Shown in pieces: positions 1 to 11,370 of a DNA stretch of 32,364 nt. The notes under the pieces are model-generated. The model was given only the letters and a program-made list of their open reading frames with translations, was not told where the DNA came from and ran no database searches. How positions within the stretch are numbered: the stretch's first letter is position 1; each line of letters starts with the position of its first letter. The stretch is from Macrostomum lignano (taxonomy: Eukaryota). A program made the translations under genes and the position numbers. The stretch covers positions 1 through 32,364 of the forward strand of contig NIVC01002736.1 of assembly GCA_002269645.1 (NCBI GenBank), given 5' to 3'.

Positions 1-1870
1 ACATGGTCATGGATGAGTTGCTTTGCAGTGATCTCCACGACCCCATTCTCAAGGTGGGCTATGCCGATGATGTGACCGCGATATGCGCGGGCCCCTCGGT
101 TGATACCATCAGAGACCTTCTGCAGGGCTTTCTGGACGAGCGGAGCGTTGGGCAGACCAATGTGGCCTTAGACTCTCAGAGTCGAAAACCACAGCAGTCA
201 TGTTTACCAACAAACTGCTCTGGACCATTAAGCCCCTCACCCTCTATGGAAAGAATATTTCCATGGAGAAGCAGGTCCGCTGCCTGGGCCTCACTCTGGA
301 CCACAGGCTTAACTGACTCCGCACATTCAAACTAAAGCCAAAAAAGCCCTGGCTGTACTGGCTCAGATCAGGCGCGCCGTGGGCACCACCTGGGGCTCAC
401 CCCCAGGAAGCTGTGTGGATTTACACTGCCATCATCCGCCCTCGATCAGTTACGCACAGCCTCGTGTGGGCTAGCGGCCTGAGCGTCAAGAGCAACCTCG
501 ACGCTCTCTACAAAATCCAGAGCAGAGCCTGCCGCATGACTATGGGCGCTCCACCCTCTACTCCTTTTGAAGGCATGAATGCCTTCCTCTGCGCCCCTCC
601 TTTGGATATTTATATCAAAGGAGAGGCGGCGAAGAGCACCCGGCGTCTTCTGGATGCTGGGGTGGCCTTCAAGAAAGTGCGGGCTTTTAAGAAGCGGTCG
701 CTTATCCCGCACTCTGACCTCTGCCTCAAGGCTCTCGAGGAGTGTGGCGGGCTCAACATCCTCACGGACTCGATCCCAGCCACCCTTCTCCTGAGCCAAA
801 GGTATAAGGTCACCATTCAGCCTCGACACGAGGCGAGTGACAGCTGGAGCGACTCTGAAGTCCACTGTTACACTGACGGCTCTATGAGGCATGGTCTTTC
901 AGGCTTCGGAGCTTGCGTCTTCTTCAAGGAGAAGTGGTGTGGAGCTACTCCAGCACACTGGGCTCAACTCCAGTGTTTTTCAGAGCGAGGTGCTTGCCAT
1001 CAGCTCCTGCGCGGCAGAGCTGCGCCGAAGGCAGCTTAGCGGCCGGAAATTTATTTTTCACTCTGACAGCCAAGCAGCCCTTCGGGCCCTCTGCCGCAGC
1101 ACCGCCAGCTCCAGGTCCGTCCTGGACTGCAACACCCAGCTCAACGGGCTTGCGCTAGGCAACCAGGTGGAGCTCAGATGGATCCCGGGCCACGCCGGCT
1201 TCCTCGGCAACGAGCGCGCTGACCTGCTGGCCAAGGCTGGCTCCGCCGGCGCGCTATTGGGGCCGGGCCCGGGTGCCCCATCCCCGCCTCGGTGATCAAT
1301 TCCCGCGTTAAGCGCTGGGCTGACTCCGAGCATCCGCAGGTGGCACGACACCCGGAATTGTAGGCAATCCCGTGCTGCCGTCCCCTGTCCCTCTCCTCTC
1401 CTGCGTAGAGCCCTCCTCAGGCTCAACCGCAGAGACCTCAGAGCAGTTAGCATGGCCCTCTCCGGGCATGGCTGCTTCTCTCGCCACCGCTTCCTTCAGG
1501 GCCAAGTACCCGAGGAGCGGTGCCCCTTCTGCCGCTCAGGCAGTGAAAACGCCGAGCATTTTATCTGCCACTGCCCGGTTTTCACCAGGGCCAGGCTTAC
1601 TCACCTCGGGCCAAACCCGGTTCTCTCCGACGTTTGCAGGCCCGAGAGCATCCCACTGCTCGCCCGGTACCTCAGGGACACCGGACGAGCTGATTTCTTC
1701 CCCACCGTCGGTGAGGAGGACCGCGCTGCAGGCGAGACCGACGGGTCCCCCTGAGCGACACCACTTCAACGGAAGTCGTTGGTCGCCAGGGGCTAGCGGA
1801 ATGGGCGGTCTCCTCCGCCTCCTCGCTGCATCCGCCGGACGCCCCCTGCAGCTAAGTCAAGTAAGTCAAG
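1..1870 (+). mobile_element. Non-LTR retrotransposon (LINE) 3' portion, RNase H-containing, LOA/Lian-like (I/R1 group); runs off the left edge
   Basis: RT motif YADD at 60-71, thumb region (CLGLTLDHRLN; WIYTAIIRP..LVW), RNase H motifs YTDGS (869-883), FQSEVLAI, HSDSQAAL, WIPGH..GNERADLLAK, C-terminal CX2CX8HX4C (1521-1574), stop 1752-1754, ~100 nt 3' UTR and (TAAGTCAAG)2 tail 1853-1870. Clade assignment is from recalled motif resemblance, not a search. Confidence 0.92.
3..1754 (+). pseudogene. Disrupted LINE ORF2 (RT C-terminus, RNase H, CCHC zinc knuckle)
   Basis: One polyprotein split across ORFs 3..335, 413..1039, 891..1295 and 1452..1754. Frame switches are needed near 139, 317, 385-410, 928, 962, 1283 and 1333, and there is a TGA at ~314 where W is expected. 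Confidence 0.88.
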
Positions 1871-2520
1871 CTGTCGCAACGGTTAGTCTTGGGCGATGCC
1901 GCGCCGGCAGATGGTCTCATCGAGTTGGCTTGCCTGCTGCTGGGGCGTGCGGTTGCAGCTGGTTGAGCCGTGACTCGGTGTGTAGACGACGGTAGCGACA
2001 TTTCGCTTGAAGATCTCTGCGAAGTCTCCAAGGAAATAGCCAGGGTGGTCAGCGCCTCGTAGGAGTTGTTCGCACTCTCCAACAACTTGGAGCGCATTAC
2101 ATCGCTACTCATGCCAAATACCAGCTGATCACGAAGTCGCTCATTCAGTGTTGAGCCGAAATTGCAGTGCACCGCCGCAGACTTGAGACCTGCCAGGAAG
2201 ACTGTGAACGATTCGCCTTCTTGCTGCATCCTGCGCTGAAACTTGAATCTGGCAGCAATCTCGGAAGGAGCAGGTGAGCAGTGGTTCTTAAGGACGTCTC
2301 TGAGTTGCTCGAATGTCTTAGTGGTCAGCTTGTCCGGATGGCACAGGTCCCGAAGCAGTTTGTAGTGTTTCTCTCCAATGGCAGTGAGAAATGTAGCGCG
2401 CTTGGCCTCGGTGGACTCGATCTTGTTGCAGATGAAATACTGCTCCATTCTCTCCGCGTAAATCTCGAAGTCGGAGTCTTGTGTGAGCTCCGGAATCCGT
2501 CCATTTGAACTCGTCGCCAT
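1852..2520 (-). pseudogene. Gypsy-type gag, C-terminally truncated (222 aa; last 6-7 codons are LINE-tail derived)
   Basis: Motifs typical of Gypsy (K02A2.6/Mag-like) gag: YAERMEQYF, ATFLTAIG, ARFKFQRRMQQEGESF..FLAGLKSAAVHCNFG..LNERLRDQLVFG. No internal stop. Ends at C-D-(S/R), where a CX2C knuckle would begin. Confidence 0.85.
2510..2519 (-). promoter_or_regulatory. Primer-binding site TGGCGACGAG, complementary to the 3' end of tRNA-Ser(GCU)
   Basis: Minus strand reads ...TTTACCACA-A-TGGCGACGAG, 1 nt after the LTR-terminal CA. Metazoan tRNA-Ser(GCU) ends ...CUCGUCGCCA (recalled). Confidence 0.75.
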
Positions 2521-2799
2521 TGTGGTAAATCAGCTATGCTGCTTGTTTAAAGTGGTTGAAGACTACGAGAGAGCTATCAAAGCTCTGATGTCTGTATTTA
2601 TATTGTAAAGCGATGCTACGTGCGCGAGAGTGATGACATAATTTAAGCGTACACAATTTGCCCATAACTCAAATAGCAATAACTCAAACCTAACGTGCCA
2701 AGCTTGCGTAGATAATAATAGAGAAAGAAATAATAGGAAAGTACAAATACAAATCAATACTCGTACTGAGTGCATGCACATACTGGTAGCTACACGACA
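2521..2799 (-). repeat. 5' LTR (279 bp)
   Basis: Minus strand begins TGTCGTGTAG and ends TTTACCACA (TG..CA, imperfect terminal IR). Contains TATA-like AATATAAATA near 2595-2604 and is followed by the PBS. Second LTR is not in the window. Confidence 0.7.
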
Positions 2800-3062
2800 G
2801 TCATAGTGGCTACTATGTGGTCATAGTGGCTACTATGTGGTCATAGTGGCTACTATCTGGTCATAGTGGCTACTATCTGGTTATAGTGGCTACTATCTGG
2901 TCATAGTGGCTACTATCTGGTTATAGTGGCTACTATCTGGTCATAGTGGCTACTATCTGGTTATAGTGGCTACTATCTGGTTATAGTGGCTACTATCTGA
3001 TCATAGTGGCTACTAGCTGGTCATAGTGGTTACAATCTCTTGTCATAGGGTTTACTGTCTGG
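2800..3062. repeat. 20-bp minisatellite (GTCATAGTGGCTACTATCTG), ~13 copies
   Basis: Direct tandem periodicity, degenerate toward the right end. Confidence 0.95.
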
Positions 3063-3528
3063 TCATTGAAACCAAAAAAATCTAATCATGGTGACTGCTA
3101 TTCGGTCATGGTGGCAACTGTTTGCATGCAGTGTCTACTTGCATAGGCATCGTGTTGCCTCCTACTAATAATGTCTTTATTTTTGTTATTTTAGCATTCA
3201 TCCCTTTTTTCTACTCGTAAGAAGAAAAACTGGAGCATTTTTATTTTAGTCTACTAACAGTAGAAAAGTGTGCAAAAAATTTAATTAATTAAATAAAACT
3301 CAGCTACAATCTTACCAGAAAAGGAAAGTAGAGAGCGAGAGATTGCAACACATCGACTTTTCTCCTGTCAACGCCCCGCCTCGAGAGAGAAAGAAGAGCG
3401 CGAAAAAATCTAATTATTCTCCATCATTCAGCGTTCGAACGAAGCTTTCCGTATGGCAGAGGCCGGGTTGTAGCCGTTTCTGCCAATTTTCCCAGCAAGC
3501 CAAAGTTTACCGAGCAGAACTCTCCTGC

Positions 3529-3582
3529 TTGGAACTGCTTGGAACTGGAACTGGAACTGGAACTGGAACTGGAACTGCTTGG
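3529..3582. repeat. (GGAACT)n hexamer microsatellite
   Basis: About 7 tandem copies flanked by CTTGGAACTG variants. Confidence 0.9.
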
Positions 3583-3727
3583 AAACAGGAGAAAAACAAT
3601 CACAGAAAACTGATCCATCACCCATGCTGTTCATTGGAATTGTATCAGTATCTTCTGGCTTTCACTTTCCAGTTCTGTCTCATTTTCGTCTATTTGTGAA
3701 CTTGCAAAAACTTGGCTGTTTCACAAG

Positions 3728-4086
<359 letters not shown>

Positions 4087-4300
4087 CTTCAATCCAACCC
4101 GTATCAAGTCATTATAATCTGTTGCGGGCGCTCCCACTGCGGACGCATCTTACTGGCTGGTCAGCCTCGTGTTAATAACCGAGTTTATCAAGGCCGCTAA
4201 GCTTCCAATCGCCTCCGGAAACCACAAATGGTAGAGTTTCGGAGCCCAGCTCAGCGACCCAGCTAAATAGCCAATAAACCCATTGTGCCTGACTTGGCAG

Positions 4301-4362
4301 CAGAGTCGGTTTTATCGCTAAAGACAGAACTCAAGCTCTATCAACAGACGCATAAATCTGAG
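4301..4362 (+). CDS. Candidate exon (ESVLSLKTELKLYQQTHKSE), unknown protein
   Basis: GGCAG acceptor, GAG|GTAAAT donor, open frame with coiled-coil-like composition; no homology recognised. Confidence 0.2.
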
Positions 4363-4940
4363 GTAAATTTTTAATGCCTCCATGAGTAAATTATTACCTA
4401 CGAGCGTATGTAGGGGCTGATTGCAATAATGGCTACTTAGTTAGCATTAGGCTTCGATTTTTTTATATTCATATCTTCAAATTTCCGCACAAATCAGCCC
4501 GATAAACAAATGACTCATCTGGTACGGTATGAATCCCCCTTTTCTTAGAAAAAAATATACAGCTTTTCGGTTTTGTAAGACGACTTCCTCCGCTCCGGAG
4601 CCAGAAGAGATCTACTCTCTTATCCGATTCACGCTTCCTTCGCTCTGACTTCCTAAATGAGCTGAGCAAACTGAGTTATGAGTCCAAGAGGTCGCGGTGC
4701 ACCGATCGAAAGTAAAAAACGGTGTGTGCACGGGATCAAGGGTTAAAATTAATCCTTTTGGGGCCACGAGGTCAACACGGGCTTTGACTTGAAGTATTTC
4801 AAGTTCACTCACTAGTGTACTTCGATTACATTCTCACAATTTTTCCTAAAAAGTTTTCAGGCTTTATAGATCTTTTAATGGCCGTTGGATACTACTGGCT
4901 CTGCTTTATTCTTTATTCTTTAGGATGCCCAAGAATGACA

Positions 4941-5710
4941 CCACTGACACCATAAAATGGCATCCCCTGACACTCTAAATGGCATCTCCTGACACTCTAA
5001 AATGGCATCCTCTGACACTCTGAAATGGCATCCTCTGACACTCTAAAATGGCTTCCTCTGACACTCTAAAATGGCATCCCCTGACACTCTAAAATGGCAT
5101 CCCCTGACACTCTAAAATGACATCCCCTGACACCCTAAAATGGCATCCCCTGACACCCTAAAATGGCATCCCCTGACACTCTAAAATGGCATCCCCTGAC
5201 ACTCTAAAATTTCATCCCAGGACACTCAAAAATGGCATCCCCTGACACTCTAAAATAGCATCCCCTGACACTTTAGAATGTCATCCCCTGACACTCTAAA
5301 ATGACATCCCCTGACACCCTAAAATGGCATCCCCTGACACTTTAGAATGTCATCCCCTGACACTCTAAAATGACATCCCCTGACACCCTAAAATGGCATC
5401 CCCTGACACTTTAGAATGTCATCCCCTGACACTCTAAAATGACATCCCCTGACACCCTAAAATGGCATCCCCTGACACTTTAGAATGTCATCCCCTGACA
5501 CTCTAAAATGACATCCCCTGACACTCTAAAATGTCATCCCCTGACACTCTAAAATGACATCCTCTGACACTCTAAAATGACATCCCCTGACACCCTAAAA
5601 TGGCATCCCCTGACACCCTAAAATGGCATCCCCTGACACTCTAAAATGGCATCCTTTGACACCCTAAAATGGCATCCTTTGACACTCAAAAGTGCCACTC
5701 TTGACACTAA
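4941..5710. repeat. 23-bp minisatellite (ATGGCATCCCCTGACACTCTAAA), ~33 copies
   Basis: Direct tandem periodicity; internal 3-unit (69-bp) higher-order repeat ~5270-5520. Confidence 0.95.
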
Positions 5711-5953
5711 AATTGCATCACCAGACTCATAAAGCGTGGCCCTCCTAACACTTTAAATTGGCCCTTTCCCAAGTGCCACAGGACCGGGGGTTCGATTCCT
5801 GGATGTTGCGGCAGAAACGTGACTAGTTCTATGTTCCCTCAATAATCATCTCAGGTCAAACGCCTTACTTAAAGCATTAATCAAATAAATACAGTATGGC
5901 ATGTGACTGTCCCGACTCATTTGAGATCCCCGCCAAGACCATCCTCTACTCAG

Positions 5954-6038
5954 CAGATAAGCCGGTCGCTTCAGAGGCGGCCAGATGGCTGGGGATATCA
6001 AGGATGGGAATTCGGGCCAGTTCTCCCCAACAGCGCAG
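5954..6038 (+). CDS. Candidate exon (QISRSLQRRPDGWGYQGWEFGPVLPNSA), unknown protein
   Basis: CTACTCAG acceptor, weak CAG|GTTGAG donor; phase 0-to-1 fits the neighbouring candidates. Confidence 0.2.
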
Positions 6039-6330
6039 GTTGAGTAGAAAAAATTGGGCTTCAATTTAGGAATCTTAGAATTCGCCCCTGCCAATATCGA
6101 TTGCGCAATATGTAGACACAGAGCTCGTTGAATTAGTTAATGCCGGGGCATTTCTGCTATGATTTATAGGGGCAGGATTTTTGTGCGGCGACTTTAGGGA
6201 CGCAAAATCTTGCGTAAGTTTTGCCAATTTATTTGGCTTAGGAGGTCGTTGTTGGCTGCAAGCTGCTCGGATATTCTATTCTGTTTTGAAGTTAATCTGC
6301 TGACTGTATTCATGCATCCAGTGAGTACTG

Positions 6331-7020
6331 CTCATAGGCTCATAGAACTTGCGATGACTATGCTCATAGATCTTGCAATGACTATGCTCATAAAGCTTGC
6401 AATGACTATGCTCATAGATCTTGCAATGACTATGCTCATAAAGCTTGTGATGACTATGCTCATAAAGCTTGCAATGACTATGCTCATAGTTCTTGCAATG
6501 ACTATGCTCATAAAGCTTGCGATGACTATGCTTATAAAGCTTGCAATGACTATGCTCATAAAGCTTGCAATGACTATGCTCATAAAGCTTGCAATGACTA
6601 TGCTCATAGTTCTTGCAATGACTATGCTCATAAAGCTTGCGATGACTATGCTTATAAAGCTTGCAATGACTATGCTCATAAAGCTTGCAATGACTATGCT
6701 CATAGATCTTGCTATGACTATGCTTATAAAGCTTGCAATGACTATGCTCATAAAGCTTGCGATGACTATGCTCATAAAGCTTGCGATGACTATGCTCATA
6801 GATCTTGCTATGACTATGCTCATAAAGCTTGCAATGACTATGCTCATAAAGCTTGCAATGACTATGCTTATAAAGCTTGCAATGACTATGCTTATAAAGC
6901 TTGCAGTGACTATGCTTATAAAGCTTGCAATGACTATGCTCATAGATCTTGCGATGACTATGCTCATAGATCTTTAGATCTTGCGATAACTCTACTCATA
7001 GATCTTGAGATTACTATGCT
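6331..7020. repeat. 24-bp minisatellite (AAGCTTGCAATGACTATGCTCATA), ~28 copies
   Basis: Direct; source of the KLAMTMLI/SIVIASFM pseudo-ORFs. Confidence 0.96.
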
Positions 7021-7465
7021 CCAACTTTAACAATAATCTCTGTGATGATGACGCTCTTAGGTCAGCGGTGACCCTGCTATTTCTAAACAGCAAATGAGCT
7101 TTACAGCAGCCGCAAATCGCCCCTTAAAAAAGTTTCGTTAGCCACAAATTCCAGAAACGGAAATGGGAAGAAAAATCCAACGGGGAAAAATACGTCAAAA
7201 GGTCAAGTCGCATGCCGCGTTCAAGATCCATTCCTCTGCAGGCCGGCCGTGACTGGTCCTTGACGTTCCTGTCATGTCAGGCAGGGGGATGTCAGGATCT
7301 GGAATCGTTGCATCCGGGATTTCAAAGAACGAAGTGGGAAGATAATAGGACACAGCTGGATTTTCCCTAGGAGGCGAGGCAATCCCCATATTTTGGTTGC
7401 AGCTTCAAAGGAATGCCGAATTCTTCTTGTGCAACTTTCCTTTCGATTTTTCCACCTCCCTGCAG

Positions 7466-7511
7466 GTTTCAAACCGCCGTTTGACCCGACTTTTGGAGAG
7501 AAATCAGGACG
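7466..7511 (+). CDS. Candidate 46-nt exon, unknown protein
   Basis: Pyrimidine-rich acceptor TTTTTCCACCTCCCTGCAG and donor CG|GTAGGT. Two open frames ([14 protein letters not shown] or [15 protein letters not shown]). Confidence 0.35.
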
Positions 7512-7514
7512 GTA

Positions 7515-8181
<667 letters not shown>

Positions 8182-8715
8182 ATCAGAGAATCACACACGA
8201 GCTTATAGCTGACGTTAGCAAATCTTTCCATCACTCACCCATTCAGTAATTCTTAATATTTTTTCAACTCGCAATATTCGATCCGAATTTCTGCACAACA
8301 AACAACGGCAGCCTTCCTTTTCATCGCCATCAAGCACGAACCAAGCCAGTTCCGCATCCCCTGTTCAACAAAGTGGGCCAACCAGTCCCTCTTACGTGAA
8401 GCCCCTTTAACTTGCAAGCAGAATTGGCCCTACTAATTGGCACAAAGACTAGAATGGGAGGCGCTGTGACGGCCAGACCGCACTATCGCAGGCCCGGAGA
8501 CCAAGACAAACAAAGATTCGCTCCTTACCCCAGCCTTCTACCATCATCAGCCTTATGCTGGAGGATCCTTCATGACAGACAAACTGTTGCGTCATCGCGG
8601 CAGATTCGCTGGTTCAGCGGCAAAGCAACTGCGTGAGATGCTTTCCACAGATTGAATTGGATGCAACTGGGGTTCTGTGGCTTGCGACTTGTTAAACTGC
8701 TGCTGGCTCAGTCTT

Positions 8716-8912
8716 ATTCCCCTTGGATAGCGCCCCTTGGATAGTGATGGCGCCCCTGGGATGGCACCCCTGGGATGGCACCCCTGGGATGGCACCCCTG
8801 GGATAGCTGTGGCGCCCTTTGAATACCGATGGCGCCCCTAGGATGGCACCCCTTCGGATAGCTGTGGCGCCCCTTGAATAGCGCCTTTCAGATAGAGATG
8901 GCGCCCCTTGGA
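8716..8912. repeat. Degenerate ~14-bp minisatellite (ATGGCACCCCTGGG and variants)
   Basis: Three near-perfect copies at ~8761-8805 plus diverged GGCGCCCC variants. Confidence 0.85.
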
Positions 8913-9113
8913 TATCTCGTGGAGTTCACGATAGTTGCTATTATCAATATTCATTGTTAGCTCGATTTTTTTTACTATTTAATAAAGAATATCCTTATCG
9001 CAGTTAGTTAATGTTGATATAATATATTAACCAATACCTGGTCCAACTTTGTGAACCATTTCTTGGTAATAAGGGACAGACAGTCTGTCCGATTTTTTTA
9101 TCATTTTCCCCAG

Positions 9114-9202
9114 TTTTAATGATAAGGAAAACTGTTTTTGGGTGAAAAAAGTCACGTTCAAAGTGTTTAAACAAGGGCGCACAGCAAATCCCTTCCTTGT
9201 TC
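9114..9202 (+). CDS. Candidate exon (FNDKENCFWVKKVTFKVFKQGRTANPFLV), unknown protein
   Basis: Strong acceptor TTTTTTTATCATTTTCCCCAG, consensus donor GTAAGT, only one open frame (phase 2-to-1). Confidence 0.42.
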
Positions 9203-9351
9203 GTAAGTTTTTTCCTCAAAATTGTAAACACAGACGAACAGGATGGATTTCCCTGTTAGATCCATTTCTAGCGAAGCAATTTTCAAATGCTGCAGAAAAG
9301 ACAGATCATGTCCCCGAGCACAAAGGCTAAAAAATTAAATCTAATCTAAGT

Positions 9352-9781
9352 GTGATGGCCCTCCAATCATCTAAGAATCGCCCTCTAATCATCTAAGAAT
9401 CGCCCTCTTATCATCTAAGAATCGCCCTCTTATAATCTAAGAATTGCCCTCTAATCATCTAAGAATCGCCCTCCAATCATCTAAGAATCGCCCTCTTATC
9501 ATCTAAGAATTGCCCTCTAATCATCTAAGAATCGCCCTCTTATCATCTAAGAATCGCCCTCTTATCATCTAAGAATCGCTCTCTTATCATCTAAGAATCG
9601 CCCTCTTATCATCTAAGAATCGCCCTCTTATCATCTAAGAATCGCTCTCTTATCATCTAAGAATTGCCCTCTAATCATCTAAGAATCGCTCTCTAATCAT
9701 CTAAGAATCGTCCACTAATCATCTCAGAATCGCCCTCTAATCATCTAAGAATCGCATTTCAATCATCTAAGAATCCCCCAC
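9352..9781. repeat. 22-bp minisatellite (AATCATCTAAGAATCGCCCTCT), ~19 copies
   Basis: Direct tandem periodicity. Confidence 0.95.
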
Positions 9782-10343
9782 CAATTGTTTAATAATCGTT
9801 AGTGGTAATTAACAGATACTGTTCAGCTAATTAAGGTGTTAATTAATAATATTAATTTACAATGCCTGTGTCAAACGGAAGACAGTACTGGGCCTTCATA
9901 TCAATTCTCGGGTCACTGGATTTTGCGCATAGCTGGGCCAAACATATTGGATAGAATTACTATGCATATTTTTTTCTTCGTATTCTGTATACATATTGGG
10001 TTAATAAGGACGCAACTGTCAGGCCATAAATTGGCGTTCCAGCGAAAATTGACGCTTTTGACGCTTTTTGCCACAAGTTTTAGTTTGCCTGTTACGTAAT
10101 AAAATTGAGTGGAGATTTGCATACAATTTGCCTCACTTTCAGAACCGTTCGTTAATTGAAACGTGAGGCAGCACTAACCTAAGGAATTAAAAGCTTTAGG
10201 TGGATCTCCAACATGGTTGAATAATTTCATACTTTAGCTACTAATAAAAATAAAAGCTATTACAACTACTTGACTCGGATAACGATGATCTTGACCCACG
10301 ATAAATACTTAATAATGACTTCATATTGTGAATTTAAGACATA

Positions 10344-10712
10344 TTGACTCACTGAAGACTCGCAGTGGACCCACGGGAAGTCCTGACTCACTGACGACTC
10401 ACAGTGGACCCACGGGAAGTCCTGACTCACTGACGACTCACAGTGGACCCACGGGAAGTCCTGACTCACTGACGACTCACAGTGGACCCACGGGAAGTCC
10501 TGACTCACTGACGACTCACAGTGGACCCACGGGAAGTCCTGACTCACTGACGACTCAGAGTGGACCCACGGGAAGTCCTGACTCACTGACGACTCACAGT
10601 GGACCCACGGGAAGTCCTGACTCACTGACGACTCACAGTGGACCCACGGGAAGTCCTGACTCACTGACAACTCACAGTGGACCCACGGGAAGTCCTGACT
10701 CACTGACGACTC
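10344..10712. repeat. 39-bp minisatellite (TGACTCACTGACGACTCACAGTGGACCCACGGGAAGTCC), ~9.5 near-identical copies
   Basis: Direct; units start every 39 bp from 10345 to 10696. Confidence 0.97.
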
Positions 10713-11370
10713 CCATGGACTTAGAATCCTGCCTCACAAAGGGAAAATTGTGTCTGTTTCCTGAGACTTTGAGACCCTAATGGACATATTCTCCTAATAC
10801 GAGTAAAATCCTCATAAGGATTATGCAAATTTATCTAGTTTTCATAAACACGAGAGGTTCTCGATTCTCTCTATGAAGATTTGGAATGATCATACCAGTT
10901 GCTTCGAAAAATCCGAAAGAAGGGCCCGCGGATCCAACACCATATACAGCAACCCTCCCCGCTCTAGCAATTAATCAAGAATCAGATTCTCTGGCCAGAC
11001 ACTGACTGCCACTTGGGAATTGGGCCGCTTGGGAGGGTGTGGGGATCAAGATTGAAGAATGAACACCGACAGCCAGCCAATGCATCCATCGAAATCTTCC
11101 CCGAGTGGGCACGGGGTGGTTATCGAGTTCGGAGATCAAAGGCGAAAAGGAAGCGCTCTCAGATCTCTTAGTTTTAGTGATTGATGAAGACTAAGACGGC
11201 CGAATCTGCTGGCCCATAGGCATTCGTTTATGAGGAATTAATAATTAGCTGGATTGCTTAATAAATCAGATTGAAAGCAAGTTTGCAAGCAAAAAATGCT
11301 AAATTTATTATCTGATCGCATTTATTAGATTGTTGCCCTTCTTTTTATTGATACTGCATGAGCACTTGAA

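Larger units (their letters stand above)
1871..2799 (-). mobile_element. Ty3/Gypsy LTR retrotransposon 5' part (LTR + PBS + gag), truncated at the LINE tail
   Basis: Gag-like ORF starts inside a TGGCGACGAG PBS one base after a TG...CA-bounded 279-bp segment. No pol or 3' LTR in the window. Confidence 0.85.

Noticed and set aside
446-1995. Antisense and alternative-frame ORFs over the LINE (446..892, 1058..1453, 1372..1995 etc.)
   Set aside because: Shadow ORFs of GC-rich retroelement coding sequence.
4175-4262. Minus-strand peptide FVVSGGDWKLSGLD resembling the SCYL pseudokinase FV..G.WKL.GLD motif
   Set aside because: Upstream HxN motif is absent, a stop follows with only a weak donor, and no other convincing SCYL exons were found; an HMM search would settle it.
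5775-5815. tRNA/SINE B-box GGTTCGATTCC
   Set aside because: No A-box, T-stem incomplete, no cloverleaf; at most a degenerate SINE scrap.
10344-10712. CRISPR-like appearance of regularly spaced 24-39 bp repeats (also 11371-13051, 15518-16898)
   Set aside because: Units are head-to-tail with no unique spacers, there are no cas genes, and the context is eukaryotic.
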